Shown here: positions 11,945 to 21,797 of the stretch, piece by piece
How positions within the stretch are numbered: the stretch's first letter is position 1
Layout: each line of letters opens with the position of its first letter
Assembly: GCA_036229005.1 (NCBI GenBank)
Contig: JAZAMN010000008.1
Location: 96,001-160,000, forward strand
Source: Myxococcota bacterium
GTDB lineage: Bacteria > Myxococcota_A > UBA796 > CAJQPC01
Reading direction: 5' to 3'
DNA: 64,000 nucleotides
Notes under the pieces: generated by a model
Told to the model about the DNA's origin: nothing
Database searches by the model: none
Seen by the model: only the letters and a program-made list of their open reading frames with translations
Translations under genes and position numbers: made by a program

Positions 11945-13174
11945 ATGTACACGAGCAACGACCGCAGCCCTCTGCGCGCATTCGAAGCCTCCACCCGCGG
12001 CGGACTGGCCGCCTCTGAGACCGGCGTAGTCGTCGGTCCCACCGGGGTGGGCAAGTCCCAGCTTCTGATCCACCTGGCCCTGGCGCGGCTGCTCGAAGAC
12101 GAGCAGGTGCTGCACATCAGCCTGGAGGACAGCGCTCCCCACATCCACAACCGCTACGCCGAGATCCTGGACGGCGTCTGCAAGCACGGCAACCTGCTCG
12201 GCCGCGAGCGGGAGCAGGCTCTGGTGCGCGCCGAGCGCAACCGCCAGATCTTGAGCATGCTGGACAAGCAGGGCGTCGGCGAGATCCGCGCCGCCCTGGA
12301 CTTTGCCCGCGACTTCATGCACATGCAGCCCAGCCTGCTGGTGGTCGAGGGCCTGGACGCCCAGGACGCCCAGGGTCTTCAGGTGCTGCGTGGCCTGGCC
12401 ACCGAGCGCCAGCTCGGGGTGTGGATCAGCACCTCCGGCCCCGTGGAGACCGGCGATTTCGACACCGTGGTCGAGCTCTCCCCCCAGGACCAGAAGGTCG
12501 AGCTGCGGGTCCGCAAGGTCCACGGCCGCCCCCTGTCCGAGCCCAGCGGCCTGCGCCTGGATCCCCGCACCATGCTCGTGGGCGCGGAGGACAGCTGGGA
12601 CCCCAACACGGCCCCCGCCTCGCCCAGCAGCGACGCCTGCACCCTCTACTCGGGGGGCGCGCCCGGCGCCGAGGCCTGCTTCGGCGAGAACGCCGACCGC
12701 TACGACCTGAGCGAGGTGAACTTCACCTTTGACGGCCACAAGCAGGCCCGCACCGACAACTCCCAGCTCCTCAGCCCCCGGGAGCTGGCCGCCGGCGACG
12801 TCTCGTTGGTCTACGTGTCCAAGCGCCTGGGCCGCAGCTACTCCGAGGGCAGCATGATCCGCAAGGTCCTGCAGTCCCTCTGGCACCAGGTCAGCCGCGC
12901 CGGCCAGGTGTTCGTGGTGGGCGCCATCCAGTCCGACGGCACCGTCACCGGCGGCACCGGCTGGTCCGTGGAGCTGGCCCGCATGTGGCACAAGAAGCTG
13001 TGGGTCTACGATCAGGAGCAGCGCGGCTGGTTCCACTGGTCCGGCGAGCGCTGGGTCGAGGGCGTGCCGGTCATCGAGAGCCAGCACTTCTGCGGCACGG
13101 GCACCCGCTCCCTGAACGAGGCGGGCCGCAAGGCCATCGCCTCGCTGTTCGACCGCAGCTTCGGCCAGCGCTGA
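11945..13174 (+). CDS. RecA/KaiC-like P-loop ATPase fused to a SLOG-like domain
   Basis: Walker A GPTGVGKS, Walker B-like LLVVEG; C-terminal LYSGGAPGAE...GGTGWSVELA motifs. Confidence 0.75.
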   Translation: MYTSNDRSPLRAFEASTRGGLAASETGVVVGPTGVGKSQLLIHLALARLLEDEQVLHISLEDSAPHIHNRYAEILDGVCKHGNLLGREREQALVRAERNRQILSMLDKQGVGEIRAALDFARDFMHMQPSLLVVEGLDAQDAQGLQVLRGLATERQLGVWISTSGPVETGDFDTVVELSPQDQKVELRVRKVHGRPLSEPSGLRLDPRTMLVGAEDSWDPNTAPASPSSDACTLYSGGAPGAEACFGENADRYDLSEVNFTFDGHKQARTDNSQLLSPRELAAGDVSLVYVSKRLGRSYSEGSMIRKVLQSLWHQVSRAGQVFVVGAIQSDGTVTGGTGWSVELARMWHKKLWVYDQEQRGWFHWSGERWVEGVPVIESQHFCGTGTRSLNEAGRKAIASLFDRSFGQR

Positions 13175-13206
13175 AGGGGACCAGCGCTGAAGGGGACCAG
13201 CGCTGA
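13165..13206. repeat. 16-bp tandem repeat (~2.6 copies) at a convergent gene junction
   Basis: CCAGCGCTGAAGGGGA x2 plus CCAGCGCTGA. Confidence 0.8.
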
Positions 13207-13215
13207 GTCCGACGC

Positions 13216-15459
13216 TCAGCCGCAGAGGTCCCCGATCAGCTCCCGCAGCTCCTGCATGTCCGGGGGCTTGTGGAGCAGCGCCTGCGCCTGGGACAGGTCG
13301 GCCTCCGGCTCCAGGTAGCCGGTGAGGATCACCACGGGCAGCTCCGGGTAGCGCTCCTTGAGGTGGCCCAGCAGCTCCTCGCCGGACATGATGGGCATGG
13401 AGAGGTCCAGCACCGCCAGGTCCAGATCGGTCTGCTTTGCGAGCTGGAGGGCCTCCAGACCTCCCTCGGCCTCCGTGACCTGGTGGCCCCAGCGCGTCAG
13501 GTAGCGGCGGATCGCCCGACGGACCAGGGGCTGATCGTCGACCAGGAGGATGCGGAATCCCTCGGTCTCGTTTTCCTGGCTGGGGGCCCTGGGCGCCTTG
13601 ATCCGAGGCGTCGCGCCGGGCAGCTCGGCCACGAAGCTCGCCCCAGTGGGGGAGTTCTCCACCCGCAGCGTGCCCCCGTGGTCCCGCATGATCGACATGG
13701 CCGTGGCCAGCCCCAGCCCCGTGCCCTGCCCCTCGGGTTTGGTGGTCAGGAAGGGCTGCCCCAGGTTCTCGAGGATGCTCTCGGGGAGCCCGGGCCCGTT
13801 GTCCTCAACCCTCAGAGACCAGCGGCCCTCGGCACCCGCTGACAGTCGGATGCGTATGCGAGGTGCGGCGTGGCCCACGAGCGCATCCCGCGCGTTGAAC
13901 ACCAGGGTGAGCAGCACCTGCTGGAGCAGGGAGGCCTGTCCAGACACAGGGGCGCTGGGCACGCAGTCGACCTCGAGGGCGAGCTGGGTGGGCAGGCTGG
14001 TGCGCACCACGCTCACGGTCTGCTGGACCACCTTCGCCAGGTCCATGGGCTCCAGGTTGAGCTCCGGGCCCTGGCTGGCGATGAAGAGCATCTGGGATAC
14101 CAGCTCCTGGGCCCCCTTCGCGGCGGTCAGCGCGTCCTCCAGGTCCTCGGTACGCCCGCCCTCCAGCGCGGACTGGATGTTCGGGATGATCGCGGTGAGC
14201 GCGTTGTTGAAGTTGTGGGCGATGCCCGCGACCATCTCGGTCAGGGCTTCGCGGCGCTGGCTCTGGCGGAGCTGGGCCTCCAGCCGGCGGCTCTCGGTGA
14301 TGTCCAGGATCACGCCGTTCCAGTAGACCTGGTCGCCCTCCCGCCGGGGGCGGGCGCGCGCCTGCAGCCAGCGAACGGGCTCGCCTGGCTCGGAGAGGCT
14401 GAACTTCACGTCCAACTGGCCCTCGCCCTTGCGCAGCGTCTCTTGGATGCTCGCGGCCTGCTCCTTGGGGAGGTGCCCGAACTCCACGGGCCGCGGGCAG
14501 TCGGAGGCCGGTCGGCCCAGGATCTCCACGGAGCCCTTGGAGAGGTAGCGGTAGTGCGGCGTGGGGAAGGTGGCGAGCTTGAACACGATCCCAGGGACCG
14601 AGTTCACGATGCCTTGGAACTGGTCCTGGCTGCGCTCGAGCTCGAGCTGGGCGCGGTGGGCCTCGGTGATGTCGGTGAAGGTGACCACGGCCCGGCGCTC
14701 CATCCCGTCCATGGGCGGGAGCAGGACGGCGTTGGTGCTCACGCAGCGGGCGTGGGGCCCCTCGCGCACCCAGAGCACCTGATCGCGGACCGGCTGGCCC
14801 GTCGAGATCACCCGCACCGAGGGGATCTCGTGCCGGGCCAGCTTGCGGCCGTCGGCGTCCCGGAAGGCTAACATGGGGTCCAGGTTGTAGCGGCCCTCCA
14901 TCTCGTCTCGGGTCAGGCCCAGGGTCTGGCAGGCGGCGGGGTTGGCGCGCAGCACCTCGCCCTTGTCGGAGACCACGACCACGCCCTCGCTCATGGCCTC
15001 GATGATGGCCTCGAAGAGGGTCTCGGTGGCGCTGACGTGGTCCAGGGGAGCGGTGGGTTGCTGCGCCTGGTCGGCCTGCCCGGGCTCGGTGCGGTTGAAG
15101 GTGAGCACGCAGCCCTGGACGCTTCCGTCCTGGGCCAGGATGGGCAAGGCGCTGGAGCGGAGCCAGAAGAGCCCGTCCCGGTGGGGGTGGGGGTGGCCGA
15201 TGACCTTGCTGTGGGTGGCCAGGCCCTGGGTGAGGGCCTTGTGGATGATGCGCTCCTCCATCGGGAGCTCCTGGCCATCGATCCCATAGGCGCGCATGCT
15301 GGCCAGCGGCTGGTAGCCGGTCGGGGCGCTCATCAGGTGGGCGATCGCGCGGGCCTGGCTGTTCCCCATGATCAGCGCACCCTGTGGATCCAGGATGGCG
15401 ACGCCGATGTCCACGAGCTCAAGGAGAGGCTCGAGCGCTGTGAGGGTCGGTTCAGTCAC
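13216..15459 (-). CDS. Multi-PAS hybrid sensor histidine kinase/response regulator
   Basis: PAS domains, H-box AGIAHNFNN, NARDA, DNGPG, GTGLGL, receiver LLVDD...DLSMP. Confidence 0.95.
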   Translation of the reverse strand: MTEPTLTALEPLLELVDIGVAILDPQGALIMGNSQARAIAHLMSAPTGYQPLASMRAYGIDGQELPMEERIIHKALTQGLATHSKVIGHPHPHRDGLFWLRSSALPILAQDGSVQGCVLTFNRTEPGQADQAQQPTAPLDHVSATETLFEAIIEAMSEGVVVVSDKGEVLRANPAACQTLGLTRDEMEGRYNLDPMLAFRDADGRKLARHEIPSVRVISTGQPVRDQVLWVREGPHARCVSTNAVLLPPMDGMERRAVVTFTDITEAHRAQLELERSQDQFQGIVNSVPGIVFKLATFPTPHYRYLSKGSVEILGRPASDCPRPVEFGHLPKEQAASIQETLRKGEGQLDVKFSLSEPGEPVRWLQARARPRREGDQVYWNGVILDITESRRLEAQLRQSQRREALTEMVAGIAHNFNNALTAIIPNIQSALEGGRTEDLEDALTAAKGAQELVSQMLFIASQGPELNLEPMDLAKVVQQTVSVVRTSLPTQLALEVDCVPSAPVSGQASLLQQVLLTLVFNARDALVGHAAPRIRIRLSAGAEGRWSLRVEDNGPGLPESILENLGQPFLTTKPEGQGTGLGLATAMSIMRDHGGTLRVENSPTGASFVAELPGATPRIKAPRAPSQENETEGFRILLVDDQPLVRRAIRRYLTRWGHQVTEAEGGLEALQLAKQTDLDLAVLDLSMPIMSGEELLGHLKERYPELPVVILTGYLEPEADLSQAQALLHKPPDMQELRELIGDLCG

Positions 15460-15520
15460 GGGCTGATCAAAGCCGAATGCAAGCCATCTTTCAACGGCAA
15501 ACGGCCGATTTCATGAGATT

Positions 15521-16690
15521 TCAACCTGGACTCGAGGCAGCCAGCTTCGCGGTGCGGAGCTCGCCCTGGGGCCGGATCAGCCAGCGCGAGGGGTGCGGGC
15601 GTGCAGGGTTGGTGCCGGGTCTGTGCAGCCAGTCGGTGTCCTCGCCGCGGATCCAGGCGGCCAGCGCCTGCCCCACACCCACCGAGCAGGTCACCCCGAA
15701 GCCCCCCAACCCCGCAGCCCACCAGAGGTCGGGGCGCTCGGGGTCCGCGCCCAGCACGGGGCGGCGGTCCGGGGCGAAGGTGCGCAGGCCGGTCCAGCCT
15801 CGGCGGGGCTGCAGGTCGGCCAGCGCGGGCATGTAGCGCTGGAGCTTCTCGGCCAGCAGGTCGGTGGTGCGCTCGGGCAGGGGGCCCTGGGTCTCCAGAG
15901 CCTGGGGGTCGGGGTAGTCCAGGGCCTCGTCGCAGGCGCTGACCAGCACGCCCTCACCCTCGGGGCGGATGTAGAGGCCGATGTCGTCGATCCAGGTCCA
16001 GGGGTGGTCCCGGGTGACGAGGGGGTGGGGGGCGGCGTACATCAGGGCCCTCCTCACCGGCACCAGAGGGCGGCGCAGGCCCGCGCGGCGGGCCAGATCC
16101 CAGGACCATGCCCCGCCAGCGAGGACCGTGGTCTGCGCCTCGATGACCTCGCCGGTGGACAGGGTGACGGCGCCTGCTGTGAGCCCAGTGACCCGGGCGT
16201 TGCACCGCAGGGTGCCCCCCATGCGCCGCAGACCCGTCAGGAACCCCTGCAAGAGCCCGTGAGGGTCGACGACGCGCTCCTGGGGCAGGTGCCACGCGCT
16301 GACGATGGGCGCGCCGCGGAGGGCGGGGGCGATGGCGGCGGGGTCGCGCACCGCGTGGAGCTCCAGGCCCTTGGCGGCCAGGTGGGCGGCGGCGTCGTGC
16401 AGGTGCTCGGGGTCGGAGTGCAGGGCCATGACGGCCCCGGTGACCCGGGAGGGGTTGTGCTCCCAGTCGGCGGGCAGGGGGCCGGACAGGAAGTCGTGGG
16501 TGCGGACGGCCAGGGCGCGCTCGTAGGGGTCTTCGCCCATGCGGCGCAGCATGCCGGCGTTCTGGGCGCTGGCCTGGCTGCCGGGGGTGGGGCCCTGCTC
16601 CAGGACCAGGACGCGGTGGGTGGGGGCCAGGTGCCAGGCGACGCTGAGGCCCGCCAGCCCGCCGCCGACCACCACGACCTGTGGGCTCAT
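15521..16690 (-). CDS. FAD-dependent oxidoreductase (DAO/DadA/sarcosine oxidase-like)
   Basis: VVVVGGGLAG, ASAQNAG, WTGLRTFAPDRRPVLG, GGFG; ATGA overlap with psd stop. Confidence 0.9.
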   Translation of the reverse strand: MSPQVVVVGGGLAGLSVAWHLAPTHRVLVLEQGPTPGSQASAQNAGMLRRMGEDPYERALAVRTHDFLSGPLPADWEHNPSRVTGAVMALHSDPEHLHDAAAHLAAKGLELHAVRDPAAIAPALRGAPIVSAWHLPQERVVDPHGLLQGFLTGLRRMGGTLRCNARVTGLTAGAVTLSTGEVIEAQTTVLAGGAWSWDLARRAGLRRPLVPVRRALMYAAPHPLVTRDHPWTWIDDIGLYIRPEGEGVLVSACDEALDYPDPQALETQGPLPERTTDLLAEKLQRYMPALADLQPRRGWTGLRTFAPDRRPVLGADPERPDLWWAAGLGGFGVTCSVGVGQALAAWIRGEDTDWLHRPGTNPARPHPSRWLIRPQGELRTAKLAASSPG

Positions 16691-17517
16691 GCGATGGGCC
16701 GCAGGGTGCCGATGCGCTGTCCGACCTTGACCTTCTGGTCCTTCTCGAGCTCCCAGTCCACGCTGCCCTTCTCCATGCACAGGATGACGGTGCTGCCCAG
16801 GTTGAAGCGGCCGGCTTCGTCCCCGCGGCGCACGGGCTGGGGCGGGTCGCAGTCCAGCTTGGACTCCACGCCGTCGGTGTTCGTGACCACGGGGCCGTGC
16901 TCACAGGTCATGCGGCCCACCCCGTAGGCGGCCACCAGCACCATGGCGATGCGGCCGTGGGCCTGGGTGTCGACGAAGAGGGTGAGGCGCTCGTTGACGG
17001 CGAACAGGCCGGGGACCTTGCGGGTGGCGGCCTCGAACACGGGCCAGAACTGGCCGGGCAGGTAGTGGTAGCCGGCGACCTGGCCGTCCGCGCAGTGGTG
17101 CACCCGGTGGTAGTCCTGGGGGCTCAGGTAGAGGATGGCGAAGTGGCCGCCCTTGTAGCGCTCGTCGCCGCCCACGAGCTGGGTGACGTCGAAGTCCATG
17201 CCAGCGGACTCGGGCAGGTGGCCGTCCGGCTTGACGTCGCCGAAGGCGTAGACCCGGCTGTCGCTGGGGCTGACCAGAGCCTCTGGCGTGGGGTCGATGG
17301 GGCGCATGCCCGGCTTGAGGGGCCGGACGAAGAACTCCTGCAGGGAGGGGTAGTCGTCGATCCCGCCGACCATCTCGTCGGTGTTGACCTGATACTTACC
17401 GGCGTACCAGCGGATGATGTGGCGGGAGAGTCCGCTGCGGCCAACCACGCCTTGAAGCTTGGATCCCAAGCGCTTGGGGACCAGGGAGAGGAGGGTGACG
17501 ATCAGGGAGTCGTTCAT
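16687..17517 (-). CDS. psd: Phosphatidylserine decarboxylase proenzyme
   Basis: FFVRPLK, SPSD, YLSPQDYHRVH, NER, FNLGSTVI self-cleavage motif. Confidence 0.95.
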   Translation of the reverse strand: MNDSLIVTLLSLVPKRLGSKLQGVVGRSGLSRHIIRWYAGKYQVNTDEMVGGIDDYPSLQEFFVRPLKPGMRPIDPTPEALVSPSDSRVYAFGDVKPDGHLPESAGMDFDVTQLVGGDERYKGGHFAILYLSPQDYHRVHHCADGQVAGYHYLPGQFWPVFEAATRKVPGLFAVNERLTLFVDTQAHGRIAMVLVAAYGVGRMTCEHGPVVTNTDGVESKLDCDPPQPVRRGDEAGRFNLGSTVILCMEKGSVDWELEKDQKVKVGQRIGTLRPIA

Positions 17518-17581
17518 AGGCCGGGCTCCTAACCCGGAAGCGGGGCGGTAGTCTCACCTCCAGTTCACTGGAGTCTCCGTC

Positions 17582-20131
17582 GTGAAGGACCGCTTCCTGC
17601 CCGTTCTGCTCCTGTCCCAGGCCTCCGTGGCCGCGCTGGGGCTGCTCGCAGTCGCACTCGTCCCCGAGCCCCCGGCCCCCCGCGTAGAGCGCAGCACCCT
17701 GCCGATGCCGATGATGCCGGCGCCCACGGAGAACTGGCTGGGCCCCGACGCCGAGTCGCAGAACAAGATCGCCCGCAAGGCCTGGATGAATGACTGGGCG
17801 CACCGCTCCCCGCCGGACGTGGACTGGAAGGAGATCGAGCGGGACAACGGCCTGGCGCAGATCGAGAAGCGCAACGCTCTGGCCCGGGGAGCCCCCCCGC
17901 CGCCGCTGCCCGAGGGCCAGTGGGAAGAGCGCGGCTCGGACAACCAGGCCGGCCGCATGCACGTGGCCACCCACGGCCCGGACGGGATGCTCTACGCGGG
18001 CTCCTCCAAGGGCGGCGTCTGGCGCGCGGACCTGGACGGCCAGGGCTGGGAGGAGCTGGGCGACAACCTCTACGGCGGCGCGCACTGGCTGGAGGTCCTG
18101 GACGACGGGCGCATCCTGGCCGCCACCGACGGCGGGCTGGTCCACACCAGCGACGACGACGGCCTGACCTGGGAGGCCGCCACCGGTCTGGACAACCTGG
18201 CCGGGGTGCGGCGCCTGGAGCAGGACCGCAGCGGGGGGCTCTACATGGTGGTCGCCCAGTGGATCTGGACCGACCAGTGGGACATCGAGCAGTTCCTGGT
18301 CCGCAGCGACGACGGCGGCTCGAGCTGGGACCGCCTGCGGCAGCTCTCCGGTCAGGGCAGCGATGTGTTCGTGGCGCTGCAGGGCGACCCCGAGCGGCTC
18401 TACCTGGTCGATGGCGCTGCGCTGTGGACCAGCAGCGACGGCGGCGAGAGCTGGGTTGAGGGCCCCCGCCTGCCCGGGGGGGACCTGCGCATCGCCGGCA
18501 GCGAGGCCTCCGAGCACCCGACCCTCTACGTCACCGCGAGCGACGCCAGCGAGGTCTGGGTCAGCCAGGACGGCGGCGACAGCTTCACCAAGTCCCCCGT
18601 CGTGTTGGACGACTACTGGGGCACCCTGGAGGCCTCCCAGGTCGACCCGGCGCTGTTCGCCTGGGGCGGGGTGCACGTGCATGTGACCCGCGACGCCGGC
18701 CAGAGCTTCGGCATCGTCAACCGCTGGGAGGACTACTACGGTGACGTGCGCAACAAGCTCCACGCCGACATCCCCGGCCTGGACGCGGTGCTCGACGAGC
18801 GCGGTGAGGAGGTCTGGTACATCTCCACCGACGGCGGCCTCTACCGCAGCGAAGACGGCCTGCAGAGCGTGGAGAACCTGAGCCTGCAGGGCCTGCGCGT
18901 CTCGCAGTACTACGACACCCTCACCTCGAACGTGGACCCCGACCACGTCCACGCGGGCGCCCAGGACCAGGGCTACCAGACCACCCAGGGCGTCTCTCAG
19001 GACGACGGTGTGCTGGGCTTCGAGCAGGTCTTGAGTGGGGACTATGGTCACCTGACCTCGGGCGACGGGTCCCACCACCTGGTCTTCTCGGTCTACCCCA
19101 CCTTCATGCTGGTGGCCCAAGGCGAGGACAGCGTCAGCCTGGGCTACGTCGGCTTCCCGCCGCTGGCCAAGAGCTACGGGTGGCTGCCGGCTCTGGCCGC
19201 CGACCCCCTGGACCCCGAGGCCGTGCTCTTCCTGGCCGACAAGCTCTACCGCTACGACTACAGCACCCAGTCGGGCACCTTCGAGGCCACCCTCCACAGC
19301 CAGCAGAACTTCCAGCAGAGCTCCGGTGAGTACCTGGCCGCCCTGGCCTTCGCGCCCAGCGACCCGCGGGTGGCGGTGGGTGTGACCTCCTACGGGCGCG
19401 TGTTCACCTCGGCGGACGGCGCCCTGACCTGGGAGCGCGCCCAGGACGAGGTGCTCTACGGCCACTACTTCTACGGCCACGCGCTGATCATCGACCGGGA
19501 CGACCCCCAGACGGTCTACGTGGGCGGCGCGGGCTACGGCGGCGACCCCGTCTTTGTGAGCCGCGACGGCGGCGACACCTGGAGCTCGATGTCCGAGGGC
19601 ATGCCCACCACCACGGTCTACGGCATGGCCCAGGCCCAGGATGGCAGCGGGCGGCTCTTCGCGGCCACGGAGCAGACCGCCTACGTCTACGACCCCGAGC
19701 AGGGCGCCTGGGAGGACCTGACCGGGAACGAGGCGCCCGTGACCACCTACTGGTCCGTGGAGATCCTGGCCCACGAGAACACCGCGCGCTTTGGCACCTA
19801 CGGCCGCGGCATCTGGGACTACCGCATGGAGACCCCGGCCTGCTACCCGGTGGTGGACGCCGACGACGACGGCTTGGACTGCCTGAGCGACTGCGACGAC
19901 AGCGACGCGGCCGCTGGCCTGCCGGGCGAGGAGATCTGCGGCGACGGCATCGACCAGGACTGCGACGGCGCCGACCTGGAGTGCGCCGACACCGGCGAAG
20001 AGGGCGGCATCGGACCCCGGGGCAACTGCGGCTGCAGCGCCCAGCCTGACCTCGCTGGTGGGATCCCGTGGCTGGTGGGTGTGCTGGTGCTGCTGGGGTT
20101 CCGGCGGTGTGGGCGGCGTGAGGAGGGCTGA
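17582..20131 (+). CDS. Secreted BNR/Asp-box beta-propeller protein with Cys/Asp metal-binding repeat and MYXO-CTERM-like sorting tail
   Basis: Repeated SxDGGxxW, HADI, AGAQDQG, TYGRGIW, DCDD...EICGDGIDQDCDG, CGCSA + TM + RR. Confidence 0.85.
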   Translation: MKDRFLPVLLLSQASVAALGLLAVALVPEPPAPRVERSTLPMPMMPAPTENWLGPDAESQNKIARKAWMNDWAHRSPPDVDWKEIERDNGLAQIEKRNALARGAPPPPLPEGQWEERGSDNQAGRMHVATHGPDGMLYAGSSKGGVWRADLDGQGWEELGDNLYGGAHWLEVLDDGRILAATDGGLVHTSDDDGLTWEAATGLDNLAGVRRLEQDRSGGLYMVVAQWIWTDQWDIEQFLVRSDDGGSSWDRLRQLSGQGSDVFVALQGDPERLYLVDGAALWTSSDGGESWVEGPRLPGGDLRIAGSEASEHPTLYVTASDASEVWVSQDGGDSFTKSPVVLDDYWGTLEASQVDPALFAWGGVHVHVTRDAGQSFGIVNRWEDYYGDVRNKLHADIPGLDAVLDERGEEVWYISTDGGLYRSEDGLQSVENLSLQGLRVSQYYDTLTSNVDPDHVHAGAQDQGYQTTQGVSQDDGVLGFEQVLSGDYGHLTSGDGSHHLVFSVYPTFMLVAQGEDSVSLGYVGFPPLAKSYGWLPALAADPLDPEAVLFLADKLYRYDYSTQSGTFEATLHSQQNFQQSSGEYLAALAFAPSDPRVAVGVTSYGRVFTSADGALTWERAQDEVLYGHYFYGHALIIDRDDPQTVYVGGAGYGGDPVFVSRDGGDTWSSMSEGMPTTTVYGMAQAQDGSGRLFAATEQTAYVYDPEQGAWEDLTGNEAPVTTYWSVEILAHENTARFGTYGRGIWDYRMETPACYPVVDADDDGLDCLSDCDDSDAAAGLPGEEICGDGIDQDCDGADLECADTGEEGGIGPRGNCGCSAQPDLAGGIPWLVGVLVLLGFRRCGRREEG

Positions 20132-20152
20132 GATCTGCTCGGCCCCCTGAGC

Positions 20153-20611
20153 TCAAGCCTTGGCGGGGCCTTGCTGTGAGAGCCGTCGGGCTCCGGCCTG
20201 GAGCCGGCTCAAGGTCCCGCTGAGCTGCTCGCGCTCGGGCTCGCTCAGCTCGGAGGTCACCGCGTCGATCCAGGCGCGGTTGAAGGCGGCGATCTCCTGG
20301 AGCAGGGGCTGGGCGCTCTCGGTGGGGTGGAGGCGCTTGACGCGTCGGTCCGCGGGGCTGCGGCGCTCCTGGATGAGGCCCTTGAGGCGGAGGCGCTTGA
20401 GGCCGCGGGCGACGGCGGCGCGGTCCACGACGAGCTGGGCGGCGAGCTGGTGCTGGGTGGTGCCGGGCTGGGCCCCGACGTTCGCGAGCAGGATCCCCTC
20501 GGTGTAGGAGAGCTCGTGGACCGCCAGCGCGGCGCTGAACTGGGCCAGGAAGCTCCGGTTCAGGACGCCGAAGGCGCGCAGTAGCTGGGTGTCGTCCTGG
20601 GCGCGGGTCAT
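20153..20611 (-). CDS. MarR family transcriptional regulator
   Basis: wHTH with DRAAVARGLKRL...DRRVKRL; ATGA overlap with upstream hydrolase. Confidence 0.9.
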   Translation of the reverse strand: MTRAQDDTQLLRAFGVLNRSFLAQFSAALAVHELSYTEGILLANVGAQPGTTQHQLAAQLVVDRAAVARGLKRLRLKGLIQERRSPADRRVKRLHPTESAQPLLQEIAAFNRAWIDAVTSELSEPEREQLSGTLSRLQAGARRLSQQGPAKA

Positions 20612-21675
20612 GGGCGGTCGAAGGCCTCCTGGAGGACGCGGATGAAGGTCTCGGGGCTGTCCAGGTGGACCACGTGCTCGGCGTCAACCCGCTGGTAGCT
20701 CCCGTCGGAGAGCAGCGCCACGGCGCGGGCGGCGTCGGCGTCGTCCAGGGCGCCGTTGAGGGTGCCGTCGTCCAGGACCTCGAAGTTGGCGTGCAGCAGG
20801 AGGGTGGGGGCGCTGACCTTGGCCAGTGCCTGGGCCTGATCGAAGCCCGCGCTCCAGCTCCCGTCGTAGAACGCGGCGCCAAAGTGGGGGTCGTAGACGG
20901 CGAGGCCTCGGATCAGCAGCCGGATGGTGTCGGGCAGGGCGGTCAGCTCCAGGGGCTCTCCGGGGTGGTCCTCGCGGTAGCGCTGGATGCGGTGGACGAG
21001 CAGGCTGTAGCCGAGCTTGCCGACCTGCTTCTCGATGAAGGGCCGGTTGTCTTCCAGCCAGTAGGAGAGGAAGTCGGTCTCCCCGCTGGAGAGGAAGTCG
21101 TGGCAGGTGGTGAAGCTCCGGTAGGCCACGGTCTGCTTGGATCGCGGCAGCTCCGAGGTGAACAGGGGCGGGTCCTCCAGCACGACAGCGCGCACCCACT
21201 GGGGGGATTCGGCGGCGAGCCACAGCGAGAGCAGCGCGCCCGAGGAGTTCCCGGAGAGGTAGACGGGCTCCCCGATCACGTGCTCGATGAAGGCGCTCAG
21301 GTCCTGCCCGATGTCCCCGGCGTTCAGCCGCTCTGGCGGGGCCTGGGTGTCGCCGTGGCCGTGGTAGGAGACGGCGAAGACGTGGAAGGACTGGGAGAGC
21401 TCCGGGAGCACGCGGCTGTAGCTGAACCAGTCCATGTGTTGGGCGTGCAGGAGCAGCAGCGGCGGGCCGTTGTCGGGGCCCTCGGCGTAGCGCAGGGTCG
21501 TCTCTCCGACCTGGACCTGCATCTCCACGACGCCGGCCTCCGCGAGGGTCGCGTGCCAGGGGTCGCGGTGCTCGGCGTGGAGGTCTCCGGGATCGACCAA
21601 CTCGGGGGTGCCGACCTGGGGGGCGCAGGCGAACAGGACGCCGAGGGAACAGAGGGTCGCGGTGGACATGTGCAC
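20608..21675 (-). CDS. Alpha/beta hydrolase lipoprotein
   Basis: LLLLH, GHG, GNSSG nucleophile, EDPP, HVVH; lipobox LFAC. Confidence 0.88.
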   Translation of the reverse strand: MHMSTATLCSLGVLFACAPQVGTPELVDPGDLHAEHRDPWHATLAEAGVVEMQVQVGETTLRYAEGPDNGPPLLLLHAQHMDWFSYSRVLPELSQSFHVFAVSYHGHGDTQAPPERLNAGDIGQDLSAFIEHVIGEPVYLSGNSSGALLSLWLAAESPQWVRAVVLEDPPLFTSELPRSKQTVAYRSFTTCHDFLSSGETDFLSYWLEDNRPFIEKQVGKLGYSLLVHRIQRYREDHPGEPLELTALPDTIRLLIRGLAVYDPHFGAAFYDGSWSAGFDQAQALAKVSAPTLLLHANFEVLDDGTLNGALDDADAARAVALLSDGSYQRVDAEHVVHLDSPETFIRVLQEAFDRP

Positions 21676-21692
21676 TCCAGAAAGGTGACTCA

Positions 21693-21706
21693 GTCATGTT
21701 AATGAC
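21693..21706. promoter_or_regulatory. Palindrome, candidate MarR operator
   Basis: GTCAT-GTTA-ATGAC just upstream of the hydrolase-marR operon. Confidence 0.45.
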
Positions 21707-21797
21707 AGGCCTCGGGATCTGCAAGCCCCCTCGGCCCCCCTCGGGAAAATGGTAGGGAGAAGGGGTGAAGGGACGCACCCTGTCCGCTGGAGTCTCC